A stretch of DNA of 64,000 bases from Williopsis jadinii (Eukaryota). Below the pieces are notes generated by a model. It was not told the origin of the DNA. It did not search any database and worked only from the letters and a program-made list of their open reading frames with translations. This document shows, in pieces, positions 1 through 10,859 of this stretch. A program made the position numbers and the translations under genes. The stretch is taken from the NCBI GenBank assembly GCA_024346625.1, contig AP024664.1, positions 434,001 through 498,000 of the forward strand, in the 5' to 3' direction. The stretch's first letter is position 1. Each line of letters starts with the position of its first letter.

Positions 1-3000
1 TGAGTGGTATACAAAGCTTATGTAAGGATTCTACAAATGGGTGGGGGCTTTAAAATAGTACACAGTATGAAAAAAAACTACATGTGAAAAGCACACATTT
101 AACTTCCAAGTTCCCAACAACTAGGTTTTTCATATGCAAAGTTATACCAACCAGTTCCGTGAGTTTTCCCATAGCATTGCATAGTACATATGCACTATGT
201 ATTTATGCATGTGTAGACCGTATGTAGGTCAAGCTTCAATTGTGTTCGGCCCTTTGGTACTGTTTCCTGTTCCTCATGAATAGTATGCAGTAACAGGTGT
301 TCTCATTTTGTTTCTAAGAACGGCTTATATTTCGTGAACAGTGATGTCTGGCCGCAGTGGTCCGTTACATGAAACCAGAATATACCGAGGTTTTGAGATC
401 AGACATGATTTTTCGTTATATGATCAAACTATTTGTTATTGAGCTTTTGATTCAAACTCCAAGTGTTGATTGAACATTGTGGTTTCATTTTTCTCTTAAC
501 TTGCAGGCTGCTGCCGACACAGATGCTCATATACCCTCTAGTAATCATGATATATGCGTATGCAGATCTGTAAGTTCCTGTGTCTTATATCAAGACCGAG
601 ATTGATTGCAGTCTAGAAATCGTAAAAGGAAGCTGAAATATCACCTTTCAATAAAAGCCTCGAAGTTTCAACACACTTGTAAGTGCCTAACCGGCATGTA
701 CTTGTAAGTGCTTTGAAAGCTGCCATATACTGCTGATTACTATGTTCATGTTCATAAACCAATTGGGCATAGAGCTCAGGTGTCGGCCGCGTCTGGGCTT
801 TGTGCTTTGTATACATCAAGTTTGATAGACAACACAGCTATTTAGTTCAGATTCCAACTTGCTAGGAAGCAGAGCTGTAATGTGATAAGCGGTTTAATTC
901 CTCGACTGCATGTATATGAGGCCACAACAGTACCATGTTGGTAGCTTTGGCCATCGACTTGAAAGTTCTAGCTACTACTGGGCTCTACAGACATGGGCTT
1001 CAACCAACGCCAAAATACCATGATTAACCAATATTATGACTTGCTTCTGTTACACGAGCTGTACATTCATGTTGTGTAATTGAAAAGCATCTCATGTATA
1101 CACTCATTGTATGGATATTAAAATTTAGACTTGTCAGTATTGGAACTTTAGCGGCTCGTGAGTGGCGACCGCGTGACTTACCCTTCCCCAACTAGCATTA
1201 TCACTGCAGATCACAATCTAAGATTTCTACCAACTTCTCAAAGCAGAACGTCCTGTTGCACGAATGAGTCTGTAAAATTACCCAGTGGGATGCATATCGC
1301 ATATTAACTTTGACGATTAGTACTGATTTCCAAGTGATCAGCGGTCATTATACCACTCTGCACGTTGAAGATGGTGTGCTTCCTAGCAAATAATCATCAA
1401 ACATATTAAGGTTTTAAGGAACAATGTAGTACGCGGCACATGCGTCGTTGCTCTACAATAAGTTATGATCTTATACTCACGGAACATGGTCGCTGCGTAT
1501 CTGAACAACACAAAAGTCCTTATCGATTTAGCCAGTCTGATTGACTACATGTGCCTTAAATCAAAGTAAAATGAGCCATTACTACACTTAGAGAAGAATA
1601 CTTTTGTTTTGATACCCAAGCATAACAAAAGCTCCTGTATTCCACCTCGATATGCACCAGAAATAGTGACCTGTTGAATACTGATGATGTCTAATCTCCT
1701 CTTTGGGCGTGAGTATATAACGTCCAGGATTTTTCTCAACGATCTAAAGTATGCCACTGTACCCCTCGAATGCTTCAGTTTCTGAAATCAGCAGGAGTGA
1801 CAAGGCGACTCGGCAGCCTCCTGGCTCCGGAGATATTCAATGACGCTGAATTGAAACAAATTGTAGATCCGACATGCCTCAGGCTCTAAAAGTTCATGCG
1901 TATGGTGATTGGGGTTAATGAGGTCAAGGTGTTCAATATGTATAGCTCACAATGCACTATGGCATAAAGGCTGCTAGCAAATCATGAGCTAGTGCAGGGC
2001 AGCCAATCCTTCAGTTCCACTTCACAACGACATAACTGAAGCTCCCCATATGACTTGAGAGGATGACGAATAGAATGTATACGTAGGTATTATACTTGTC
2101 TCACATGGTGTATACATCTATACCGCTCCCAACTTCAAAATCATGCTTTATGACAAGCTGTGATTTGTAGTGTATCCAATGAGTGTAACCTCCACAAGAA
2201 CATTCGTACTGGTACATTGATCGCCATGTACGATTTTGTTGGGTTAAATTGGCCAATTCTATGGAATCACCAAGCTCAACAACTCACGAACTGCGCCCAG
2301 TAATGTTACGGTAAAATGAATGGACCTCACAGTCCGCTTGTAAGCCTACGCAAACCAGACGAATGAGCCAAAGTTTAACAGATCTATGAGTTGGTTTTCA
2401 CCGCGGTTTGAAATACACAAAATCTTGATTTCTATGTCGCATGGACCAAAATCAAAAGGCTTGAATATACATGGCATGATACATTTACATCAAGACCTCA
2501 GCCTCGGTACTAGTGCCTCGCAAGTACTATCCTCTCCCATGATCCTTAATAAAGTTCATGGCCTGTATCGAATAATGATGGGCCTGGACAGCAATGATCC
2601 TGCAGTAGAAGAATATACAACATGTACCTCATACATTACTACAGGCATATTCACCGCCTATAATCTAATCTTGGACTCTTAAGCCATAGTTAACAGGCAA
2701 ATCTGTTTACTTGAATAGATTCAACTCGATACAGGGGAAAATAGTACAGGCCGAAATACTCAGCTTTGTGCATATGAGCATATGTTTCTGGTTCTGTAGC
2801 CAATCTGATATTCTTCCTTTGGCTTCATGACCGAATTATTTGAATCATTATTACTAAGCATTAGGTGCTGTCGAGATCACTCCAAAGGGAACTTGATGTA
2901 AACTTCATTCTCTTCACTTTAAGGTTTAGAGAAAAAGCACCTTCGCCTTATATTTTTCGTATTTTATTGTCTAAGAGTTATCTTATTGCCATTATTCATA

Positions 3001-4044
3001 TTACTTGTAAAAACGTTCCTAAAACACTCCACGTGGAGAGCAATATACCATGCAATAATTGGTTGTGTAGTATATCGTGGCGTCTATATCTCTTGAGGAT
3101 TATAAGCTGAACCCCGAGGAGCACACCAATTACAGTGCTAATGCAAGAGTCTGGCTATCATGTGCCTGAAAACAAGGCAGCTCGTATTGTGCAAAGTTAG
3201 AGGGAATATCAGCGCTGTACTGCACGATTGATCCAGATTTGAGATAGAATACCTACTGGGTTACCAGTAGTGATCGACCACCGATGAAACACGAAACGAT
3301 TCATCCGAGAGGACCTGTACGGCTGCAACTTCCAGATCGAGCCCATGTTATTTCGGTGTAGGGCTGAAAGGAAATAGGCACATGAGTTCATCAAAATTCA
3401 TACATATGCTGGACCGAAATAGTACATAGAGCATAGTGCTTTTCTCTACTCTAACGTGCTGGAGCTTTGAATCCAATTCACAAAGTTTAATTGAACCGTT
3501 GTCGAGGAGACACGTCATACTACGGTACTAAAGTCGGTCAATTACTAACATGCGTCGCTGTAGGGTTATTGCTAGCCAGGACTTTATTTCCTATTAAATC
3601 CGCAAAGGCGGACAAAAGTGCTGGTTATTTGGTTCAAGCTTATACCAATGGGGTGACATACTTTAGAAAAGATCTTCAACGCAGAGACTAGTAAAGTTCC
3701 ACTTATTTGATGGCCAAATTTACATTATCTTTGTCCTTGGGCACCATAACGTTGAATGCCCAAGTTCTTTCTGTCTTTCTCTTCCAAAACCCCGACTGCA
3801 TGTTATTAATTGGACAGAGTGAAATTCGCACATTAAGGTTAATGAATTATGGGTCATGACGTTTCCAGGTGTGTCTAGAGGCCGATGAAATTTCATATCA
3901 AGTACACATCAGGCCTATCGGCCATCCATTACTAAGAACCCAAGTAAAAGGCTAAGAAAAGACATCCTAGTAGCACAAGTGTCTCATCTTCTAAATGTTC
4001 CTCAGTGGAAATGACTTGGTTGGCTGGTAAGCGGATCCCATCAG

Positions 4045-4085
4045 ACACACACACACACACATATGTACTACACATATGTACTACG
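4045..4085. repeat. (CA)n microsatellite followed by a short duplicated ATATGTACTAC
   Basis: acacacacacacacacatatgtactacacatatgtactac seen directly. Confidence 0.8.
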
Positions 4086-4969
4086 CATATCGCCTTGCTT
4101 GTTAATTAACCAATTAGTACACGCTGTTGTCGTGTGTGAATTGCCCGTTTGGTGAGTGCTAATACGGCTCGAGTAGTGTAAAGATTGCCGTGCGTAGAAT
4201 AAAAAGCAATCACCTGCAGTTTTGTTTTGGTGAATTTGACACAATCCGAATTCACATCTGGAAAAGGAGGCCGAAATGACCATTGAACCACAGTTCATAG
4301 GCCAACGATGTATAAGCAGAGCTGGTGAAACCTGTTGGTGATTGACAGACTTAGTTTTATACCCAAATGGATGTTTAACTTGAGCAACTGTGCTATATGG
4401 GGAAAATCTCCACACATTTCAGGTACAATCAACTTTAAAGCTCCGATTAGCAACTTTAACACCGACGTTAAGACTCAAAGTAGGATACAGACTGATCAAT
4501 CAGCTGGACTAAACAGCAAAATATCTCTATTAGTCGACACCTGAGGGCCATCACTTAGAGTTATCGTTCAATCCTTGCACCAATAGCCATGAAGTGTGAT
4601 GATGACATCTGAGCAATGTAAATGAAGTGAAATTAGAGACAGCAAATTTGAGCAAACTTTAAAGACTCCTAAAAGAAAAAGGATAAACATTCATAGTATA
4701 TGATAGCTCAATTAGACAATGTACACACTCTGGCCATAAGCATTTAGACTTTTCGTAGCAAAGATGAACGCTGAAATCCCATGCTTCCATTCGATTGCTT
4801 CAAATATCGTGTGTCATCTTCACAGGAGGTGAGTGCTATATATAAAACACGAGCAACACCATGGTGTTTTGTCCTTTAAAAGGTGCAATATAGTGATACA
4901 TGCATAAGATTCAGGTACACTCTCCAGGTACAATTACTTCATATTTCACCAGGTTTTAACTGATTGACA

Positions 4970-7900
4970 ATGCGTTGGCCTTACTTCATCTCCCTCGTGG
5001 CTCTACTGGGAGCTGGATTATTGCTATTCTTTAACATTCTATGCGGCTCCACAACTGCGACTCCAATCAACAAGTGGTATTGGCTTGAAGCAGGAACAGA
5101 ATCAATTCCTGGTGCACATCCAGTGACTAGATGGACAAGCTACAACTCCTGTGGTGTGTCCAATGGACACAATGTTGACTGTACTGATTCTTCTCCAGCG
5201 TATCCAATGTCCCCAGCTTCAAACTTTGACACAACCGAGGGTGTTCCTAAAGGGCTGCAATCAAGAAAGGGAACAACCTACTACCTCTCTAAGACTGGCT
5301 GGGCTTTCCTGCTAATTGGTTTGCTATTCACGTTGTTGGCGCTGATCCCAAATCTCTTTAGCGTTTGCTTGCCATCAATGCGTTTGCTAACTGGCACACT
5401 CGAGGTTTTTACCATACTTGCTCTTTTATTCATTGCGCTTTCAGCAAGCTTGCTTACAGCTGGTTACGTCAAGGCTCGTAATAGCTTTAGGGATGCGGGG
5501 CATTCAACAAGTTTGGGTCGTACAATGCTGGCATTTATATGGAGCTCTGTCTTCTTGTTGGCAGTTGCTAGTTTAGTCAATATCTTTGGAATCTTTACAA
5601 GAAACAAAATGACTGACAGAGAAAAGAAATACACAGATAACTACGACATTACTTCTTCGAATCATACCTATGGGAATGACTATTCTGGGGAGAAACCGAA
5701 AAAGAAAACGTTTGGCTTTCTAAGAGGAGGCAACCATGGACAAGAAGTGGTTGACAATGTGGGATACACTGGCAGTGAACCAGTCGATCAGCTCCATAAC
5801 ACTAGAACAGTGGGTGGTGATGCACCACCTTATAGTTCAGGCCAGTTGAGAGGCACTGAATCTTCAGCAAATACAAACCTGGCTACTGGTACAGTTGTTG
5901 CTGGTGATTCAGCTGCTGGTTTAGCACACCACCAACAGAGCCAGACAGGAGCCATTGAAGGTCAACATTCTGGCACAGGTTCAAGTTCAACAGCAAAGGC
6001 GCCTCCGGGAGATTTGTACAACTCAGGTGCCACTACAGCTCAAAAGCTGGTGGATAGTGCCATGGACACTTCTGCTGTAATTGGTGCAACTACTGGTGGT
6101 GTAATTGGGGGAACTCAACGTGGCGTTCACACTACCTCATCACGTTCTCAGTACAGCAATCTTGATGAACCTGAGTTGGAAGAATTTAAGCGTTCTCAAG
6201 CACGTGAGGCTACTGATGCCTTTGAAGCTACTGCAACCACTGGAGTCACTGGAATTGCCGGCTCTACAGGGGCGTACGGCACAGGTAGAGGTACTGCTTA
6301 CGATACTTCTTACAACACTGCTGATATTTCCAAGGACAAGAACATCACCTATGTTGGCACTGGTGAGAATTTGGAAGACTGGCGCCAGTCTAAGACCACT
6401 GGTGATCCTAGTCCTTCAACATCGGGTGGTCAATATGAAACAACTGGTGTGCATGGCGGACAAGGCCTAAACCAACAGAAGACAGTCGGTGTGAAACAAA
6501 CCTTTGATTCACGCAGTTCTCCAGATCAATCAAAGGAGAACAATCTTGATGACGAAGCAAACAGAGCCAAACTGCAGAAGGCTCATGATTTGGGAGTCAA
6601 CGCTGGTGCTTACGCCGCTGGAAAGAAAGCTGGGTTGCAACATGTGAAACAAAAATACCAGCAAACTTCGCTTGGTGGCAGTGATGGAAATGACCATAGT
6701 CAAGAGGTTGGAATTCCTGCTCATTCAACTGGTGCAACTGTTACTCAGGGACAACACACCCAGAGCAGTCAAACTCCAAAGAATAGTTCTCACTCAAAGA
6801 CAGGCATCAATGAGCACTTGGATGAAGTATATGAACAAAGTTACAAAGAGGGTGCTTACGCTGCTGGAATCAAGGCTGGTCAAGAGGCAAAGAGGGACAA
6901 GTTCTCCTCTTCTGATGCTTCCAAGTCCGTCAGTGGTACTCACTCAAAGGATAAGACCGATGAGAAGCTTCAGAAGGTTTACGACGAGCACTATAAAGCT
7001 GGTGCATATGTTTCGGGTTTGAAGAGTGGACATCAAGAAGCATTAAACGCTGGCGATGTATCTCATGTACCTGTTGAGAAGTCATATTCTGCTCCAGGTA
7101 AAGGTGCCTCTGGTGGTGCTGGTACTGGTGCTGGTGCTGGTGTTGGTGGTGCTTTCTTAGCTACTGGCAAGGAGAGTGACCAACGCAAAGGTAGAACTTC
7201 CGATACTCAAGCTTATGAACCATCTGAACAAGCCAGAGACAATACCAAGGCCAACCAAAGCTCTGGTGGTCAGACACTCGCCTACCATGACGGTGATGAA
7301 CAACATATTACTGCTGGTGAATCTGATGCAACCTTCACAGATGCCTTTGGTTCGAAGAAACGTGATGTTAGTGGTGGTGAGAATTCAAGCGAAAAGAAAG
7401 GATCAGGTAAGGGAATCTTGGCTACTGCTGCTGGTATGCTTGGTCTTGGTGCTGCTGCTGCTACTAGTAGATCTACTGAAGGTGAGGACCAAGAGGTTAA
7501 CTATACTGGAAAACCAGATGCTGGTCCAGGTGCTACACTCTCTGGTGCTAATGCCGAAAAGGTTGAAAAGGCTAAGGCGTATGGTTCCAGCCATCATGAG
7601 AGCAAGAGCACAACTTTGCCAGTTCAACAACAAGGTTCCAGACACGTTACTCAGACTGGTGTTCCAGATAACTCTGCAAAGAGTGCAGCTCAGGCTGCCA
7701 CCACTGGTTCAATGGGCCATTATGTTAAACCAGCTGAAGGTCCAGCCTCCCGTGTGGAGGATACTTACAACAGTGCCCATATTGGTTCCAAGAGTAGAGG
7801 CAATGATTTCACCACCACATCTGGATATGCTCCAACGGAGTATTATGAACGCAAGACTGGACATGGTGTTGATTCAAGTAATGTTGATCCTCAAACCTGG

Positions 7901-8908
7901 AACAGTGGTGATAGAATCACCGAAACTGGTGCTTTCACCTCTTCCACCGGCCGTGATGCTTCTTCATACACAGTAAATCCTTCTTCTTGGAAGCATACCA
8001 AAGATACCACCAAGACTGCTGATGAATTTGATGACAATCATGACACTCACAGATCTCATCAACACAGTGGAGCTAAGCATGGCCACACAGAAGATTCCCA
8101 GAGAGATGTTGCAGGCCGTGGTACCGGTGGTGCTGTAGATGCTGCTGTTGCAGCTGGCTACAAGTCTCGTGGTGGTGTTGATGAGAGCCACTCTACTTCC
8201 AAACCATCCACCATAACTACCAAAGAGGCACGAGACAAGGATTTGAGTACCGGTGGTATGGCTGCTGTCAACGGAAAGAGTGGTGGTGATACTTCTACTG
8301 CCAGCTCCAGTAATATTTCGGGCAAAGGACATGGAAAGTCAAAGTCTACTGACTACGACAGAGTTGGCGAACAGTCTGGAGTTGATAAGAGCTACAGAAC
8401 TGCTCCAGATACCAGTGCAATCGAGCCAGTTGTTGATCTCACGAGAAACCGCAATCCAATTGCTGAGGGCATTGCCAGTGCCAATTTGGATAAGCCAGCA
8501 GACATCCACGCCTCGCATGCTGCCTACGAGTCAAACACTGCCCAGAAGCTCAGAGGCGATGATGTGAAGCCTTCAAATACACCTGGGGCTCCAGTTGGGT
8601 TGCATTCGCAGCCAAATAGAGAAGACGACTCGTACTCCAGCTCTAGTCGTGGAGGTGATTTAATGAGCAAGAGTCAAGCCATTGGCGACTCTGCTAGCTC
8701 TACGTATGGCAGCGAAGGCGGAGACTTCCAGGAAGTGACGAGCACTCCGCGTTACACCACCGACACCAAGGCTCATGCAAACCGTGCCACCTTGGACCCA
8801 CGATCTGAACCACGAGCCGTTGAAGAGGCCAACAGGGAGGCTGCAGAGGCTCAGCACGAGACAAGTTTTGTCAAGCAGGTGATCAACAGTGCCAAAAATG
8901 TCATCTGA
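4970..8908 (+). CDS. Sur7/PalI-family (Fmp45/Ynl194c-like) tetraspan membrane protein with a ~1,100-aa G/S/T-rich hydrophilic C-terminal tail
   Basis: First ATG at 4970 (the ORF track starts at TTG 4964). The N-terminal ~210 aa have 4 hydrophobic helices and Sur7-type motifs (YWLEA, TRWTSYNSC..C, PAYPMSP..NF, YYLSK.GWAF). The frame stays open to TGA 8908. Confidence 0.85.
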   Translation: MRWPYFISLVALLGAGLLLFFNILCGSTTATPINKWYWLEAGTESIPGAHPVTRWTSYNSCGVSNGHNVDCTDSSPAYPMSPASNFDTTEGVPKGLQSRKGTTYYLSKTGWAFLLIGLLFTLLALIPNLFSVCLPSMRLLTGTLEVFTILALLFIALSASLLTAGYVKARNSFRDAGHSTSLGRTMLAFIWSSVFLLAVASLVNIFGIFTRNKMTDREKKYTDNYDITSSNHTYGNDYSGEKPKKKTFGFLRGGNHGQEVVDNVGYTGSEPVDQLHNTRTVGGDAPPYSSGQLRGTESSANTNLATGTVVAGDSAAGLAHHQQSQTGAIEGQHSGTGSSSTAKAPPGDLYNSGATTAQKLVDSAMDTSAVIGATTGGVIGGTQRGVHTTSSRSQYSNLDEPELEEFKRSQAREATDAFEATATTGVTGIAGSTGAYGTGRGTAYDTSYNTADISKDKNITYVGTGENLEDWRQSKTTGDPSPSTSGGQYETTGVHGGQGLNQQKTVGVKQTFDSRSSPDQSKENNLDDEANRAKLQKAHDLGVNAGAYAAGKKAGLQHVKQKYQQTSLGGSDGNDHSQEVGIPAHSTGATVTQGQHTQSSQTPKNSSHSKTGINEHLDEVYEQSYKEGAYAAGIKAGQEAKRDKFSSSDASKSVSGTHSKDKTDEKLQKVYDEHYKAGAYVSGLKSGHQEALNAGDVSHVPVEKSYSAPGKGASGGAGTGAGAGVGGAFLATGKESDQRKGRTSDTQAYEPSEQARDNTKANQSSGGQTLAYHDGDEQHITAGESDATFTDAFGSKKRDVSGGENSSEKKGSGKGILATAAGMLGLGAAAATSRSTEGEDQEVNYTGKPDAGPGATLSGANAEKVEKAKAYGSSHHESKSTTLPVQQQGSRHVTQTGVPDNSAKSAAQAATTGSMGHYVKPAEGPASRVEDTYNSAHIGSKSRGNDFTTTSGYAPTEYYERKTGHGVDSSNVDPQTWNSGDRITETGAFTSSTGRDASSYTVNPSSWKHTKDTTKTADEFDDNHDTHRSHQHSGAKHGHTEDSQRDVAGRGTGGAVDAAVAAGYKSRGGVDESHSTSKPSTITTKEARDKDLSTGGMAAVNGKSGGDTSTASSSNISGKGHGKSKSTDYDRVGEQSGVDKSYRTAPDTSAIEPVVDLTRNRNPIAEGIASANLDKPADIHASHAAYESNTAQKLRGDDVKPSNTPGAPVGLHSQPNREDDSYSSSSRGGDLMSKSQAIGDSASSTYGSEGGDFQEVTSTPRYTTDTKAHANRATLDPRSEPRAVEEANREAAEAQHETSFVKQVINSAKNVI

Positions 8909-9518
8909 GGTGGAACCGTGCGCTGGCCTTCCCTTTTGCTGTTCTCTTAAGTGATGCTATGTAAATGAAATTGATGTTTGTTTAAGTGAGCACAACGTGT
9001 AGGCGAGTAGTGGTTGATTAGTGGCGTGTACACGTTCTACGGTTTCCTTAGCAAGGCTCCGTTGCCCGTTGCCCGTCAGCCCGTTGCCCGTGAGCCCTTG
9101 TGACGCTGGAGCATCCCACCTTGCAACCCGGCAATCAGGGTAACCACTCATTCGGCGCAAGGTGGCTTAAGGTTAAGCACCGAGCAGTCGTAGCCTCATG
9201 AAAACATCAAATTTCATTTCTACAACCCTCCTTACATCAAAACCGTTATGCTTTGTCCCGATCTTCGTCCCTCTTCTACTACGAAGGCGTGTTCTTCGGC
9301 TAATCTCTAGGGAATTTCATGTACCGAGCCGTTATGAGTCCGTTTTTCTCATCTCCGACGCTGCGTTCTGGTGAAAGCAAGGAGTTGATGGTGTAGCGAG
9401 CAGACAGTAAAGCAGGGCATATAGTTCTCTCAGCTTTGGTAGCGCCATTTTTCCGTCAGTGAAGAGAAGATTATCACCAGGCATATTTGTTCGAATCAGT
9501 CGGTAGAAGAACCACGGG

Positions 9519-10524
9519 ATGGCTACGAAGTTTGATACGCTAGTTGAAGGTCGAGAGGTTCCGGTGCCTTCGTATACACCAGAGAATAAGTACATTGAAG
9601 AGACGGTGGACCACGATGGTGTGACTTTCTATACGACGTTCTGGGTAAGTGTCTCTTTCTCGCTCTGTGACGGTCTGTACACATGTTCTAACACGGTGGG
9701 GGATGAAGCCTACTCCGAAGGATAAGCAGTCCAAGGGACGTATCGTTTTCGTCCATGGGTTCTGTGAGTATGCCAAACTGTACGTCAGGCTCTTTGACCA
9801 TCTAGTGAGCCACGGGTATGAAGTGTTCTTCTTTGATCAGAGAGGCTCAGGCTGGACCTCTCCAGGAAAACAGCAGGGAGTGACTAAGGCAGAGCAGGTG
9901 ATGAGCGACCTGGACTTCTTCTTGGAGAAGAACATTGGGGAGCTGGGTCCTGACGAGCCTCTTTTCCTAGGAGGGCACTCCATGGGCGGTGGTATCGTCT
10001 TAGACTATGGAATCTGTGGTAAACATGCTGATAGACTGAATGGTATATTCACCACTGGACCTCTTATCCAACTGGTGAAGGGAATGAAACCACCTTACTA
10101 CCAAGAGTTGGTCTTGAGAATGATTGCCAAGGTGCTGCCAATGTTCAGGTTCGAAGTGGCCACCATCACCATTGACAAGATAACATCCGATCCCGAATGG
10201 AGGAAATTTGTTGAACCGAACCCATTGTTGAGTCCAACGTGGTGTACATTGGGTCAGATGGTTGGTATGTTGAAAAGAGGTGATGATTTGTCGAACCCAG
10301 AGTATATCAAGGGTTATTCAAAAGTGCCTTTATTCATTATTCACGGCACGGATGATAAGATCAACGATCCAAGGGCATCCGAGAAGTTCATCAAATTGGC
10401 TCCAATTGAGGATAAGAAGCTATTGCTAGTTCCAAATTGTCAGCATTCGATCTCCATCGAAGCTCAAGAGCAATATGAAACCATGAGAACAGCATTGTTT
10501 GAATGGTTAGACCAACATCTCTAG
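9519..10524 (+). CDS. YJU3: Monoglyceride lipase (alpha/beta hydrolase), 2 exons: 9519-9644 and 9709-10524
   Basis: Motifs VHGFCEY, FDQRGSG, GHSMGG, HGTDD and a C-terminal His (QHSI). Splicing GTAAGT (9645), TTCTAAC, AAG (9708) restores the Yju3-like FW|P junction. Confidence 0.88.
9645..9708 (+). other. Phase-0 spliceosomal intron in YJU3
   Basis: GTAAGT donor, TTCTAAC branch at ~9686-9692, first AG is AAG 9706-9708. Further in-frame AGs at 9720, 9726 and 9729. Confidence 0.75.
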
Positions 10525-10859
10525 TTGCTAACGTGCTCTATAACTTTCTTAATTTTACAGTCGAATCGCTATGCTGTTAATTGCTCTTTATTGCTCTTTA
10601 ATATACTGCTTAATACAACATCCACTTAGAAATCATCTCCAAAAACTCTTCAGTGAACACCACAACAAATGGAGTTCATACACCAACGCTTTCTCGCACA
10701 TTGGTGAAGAACAATTGACAAAACGAGATAATTTGCCTAAACAGGGAGAATTATGCACAACGATACAGAACAGGACATAACAAAACTAAATGCATATGAC
10801 GTAAATTACGCAGACACTTCGGCCATTCAGTTGTGCAGTATTACTGCTGAGGAATGCTG

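Noticed and set aside
7176..7976. 266-aa overlapping alternative-frame ORF in the Sur7-family gene
   Set aside because: Expected from codon bias in low-complexity sequence. It has a non-ATG start and no recognisable motif.
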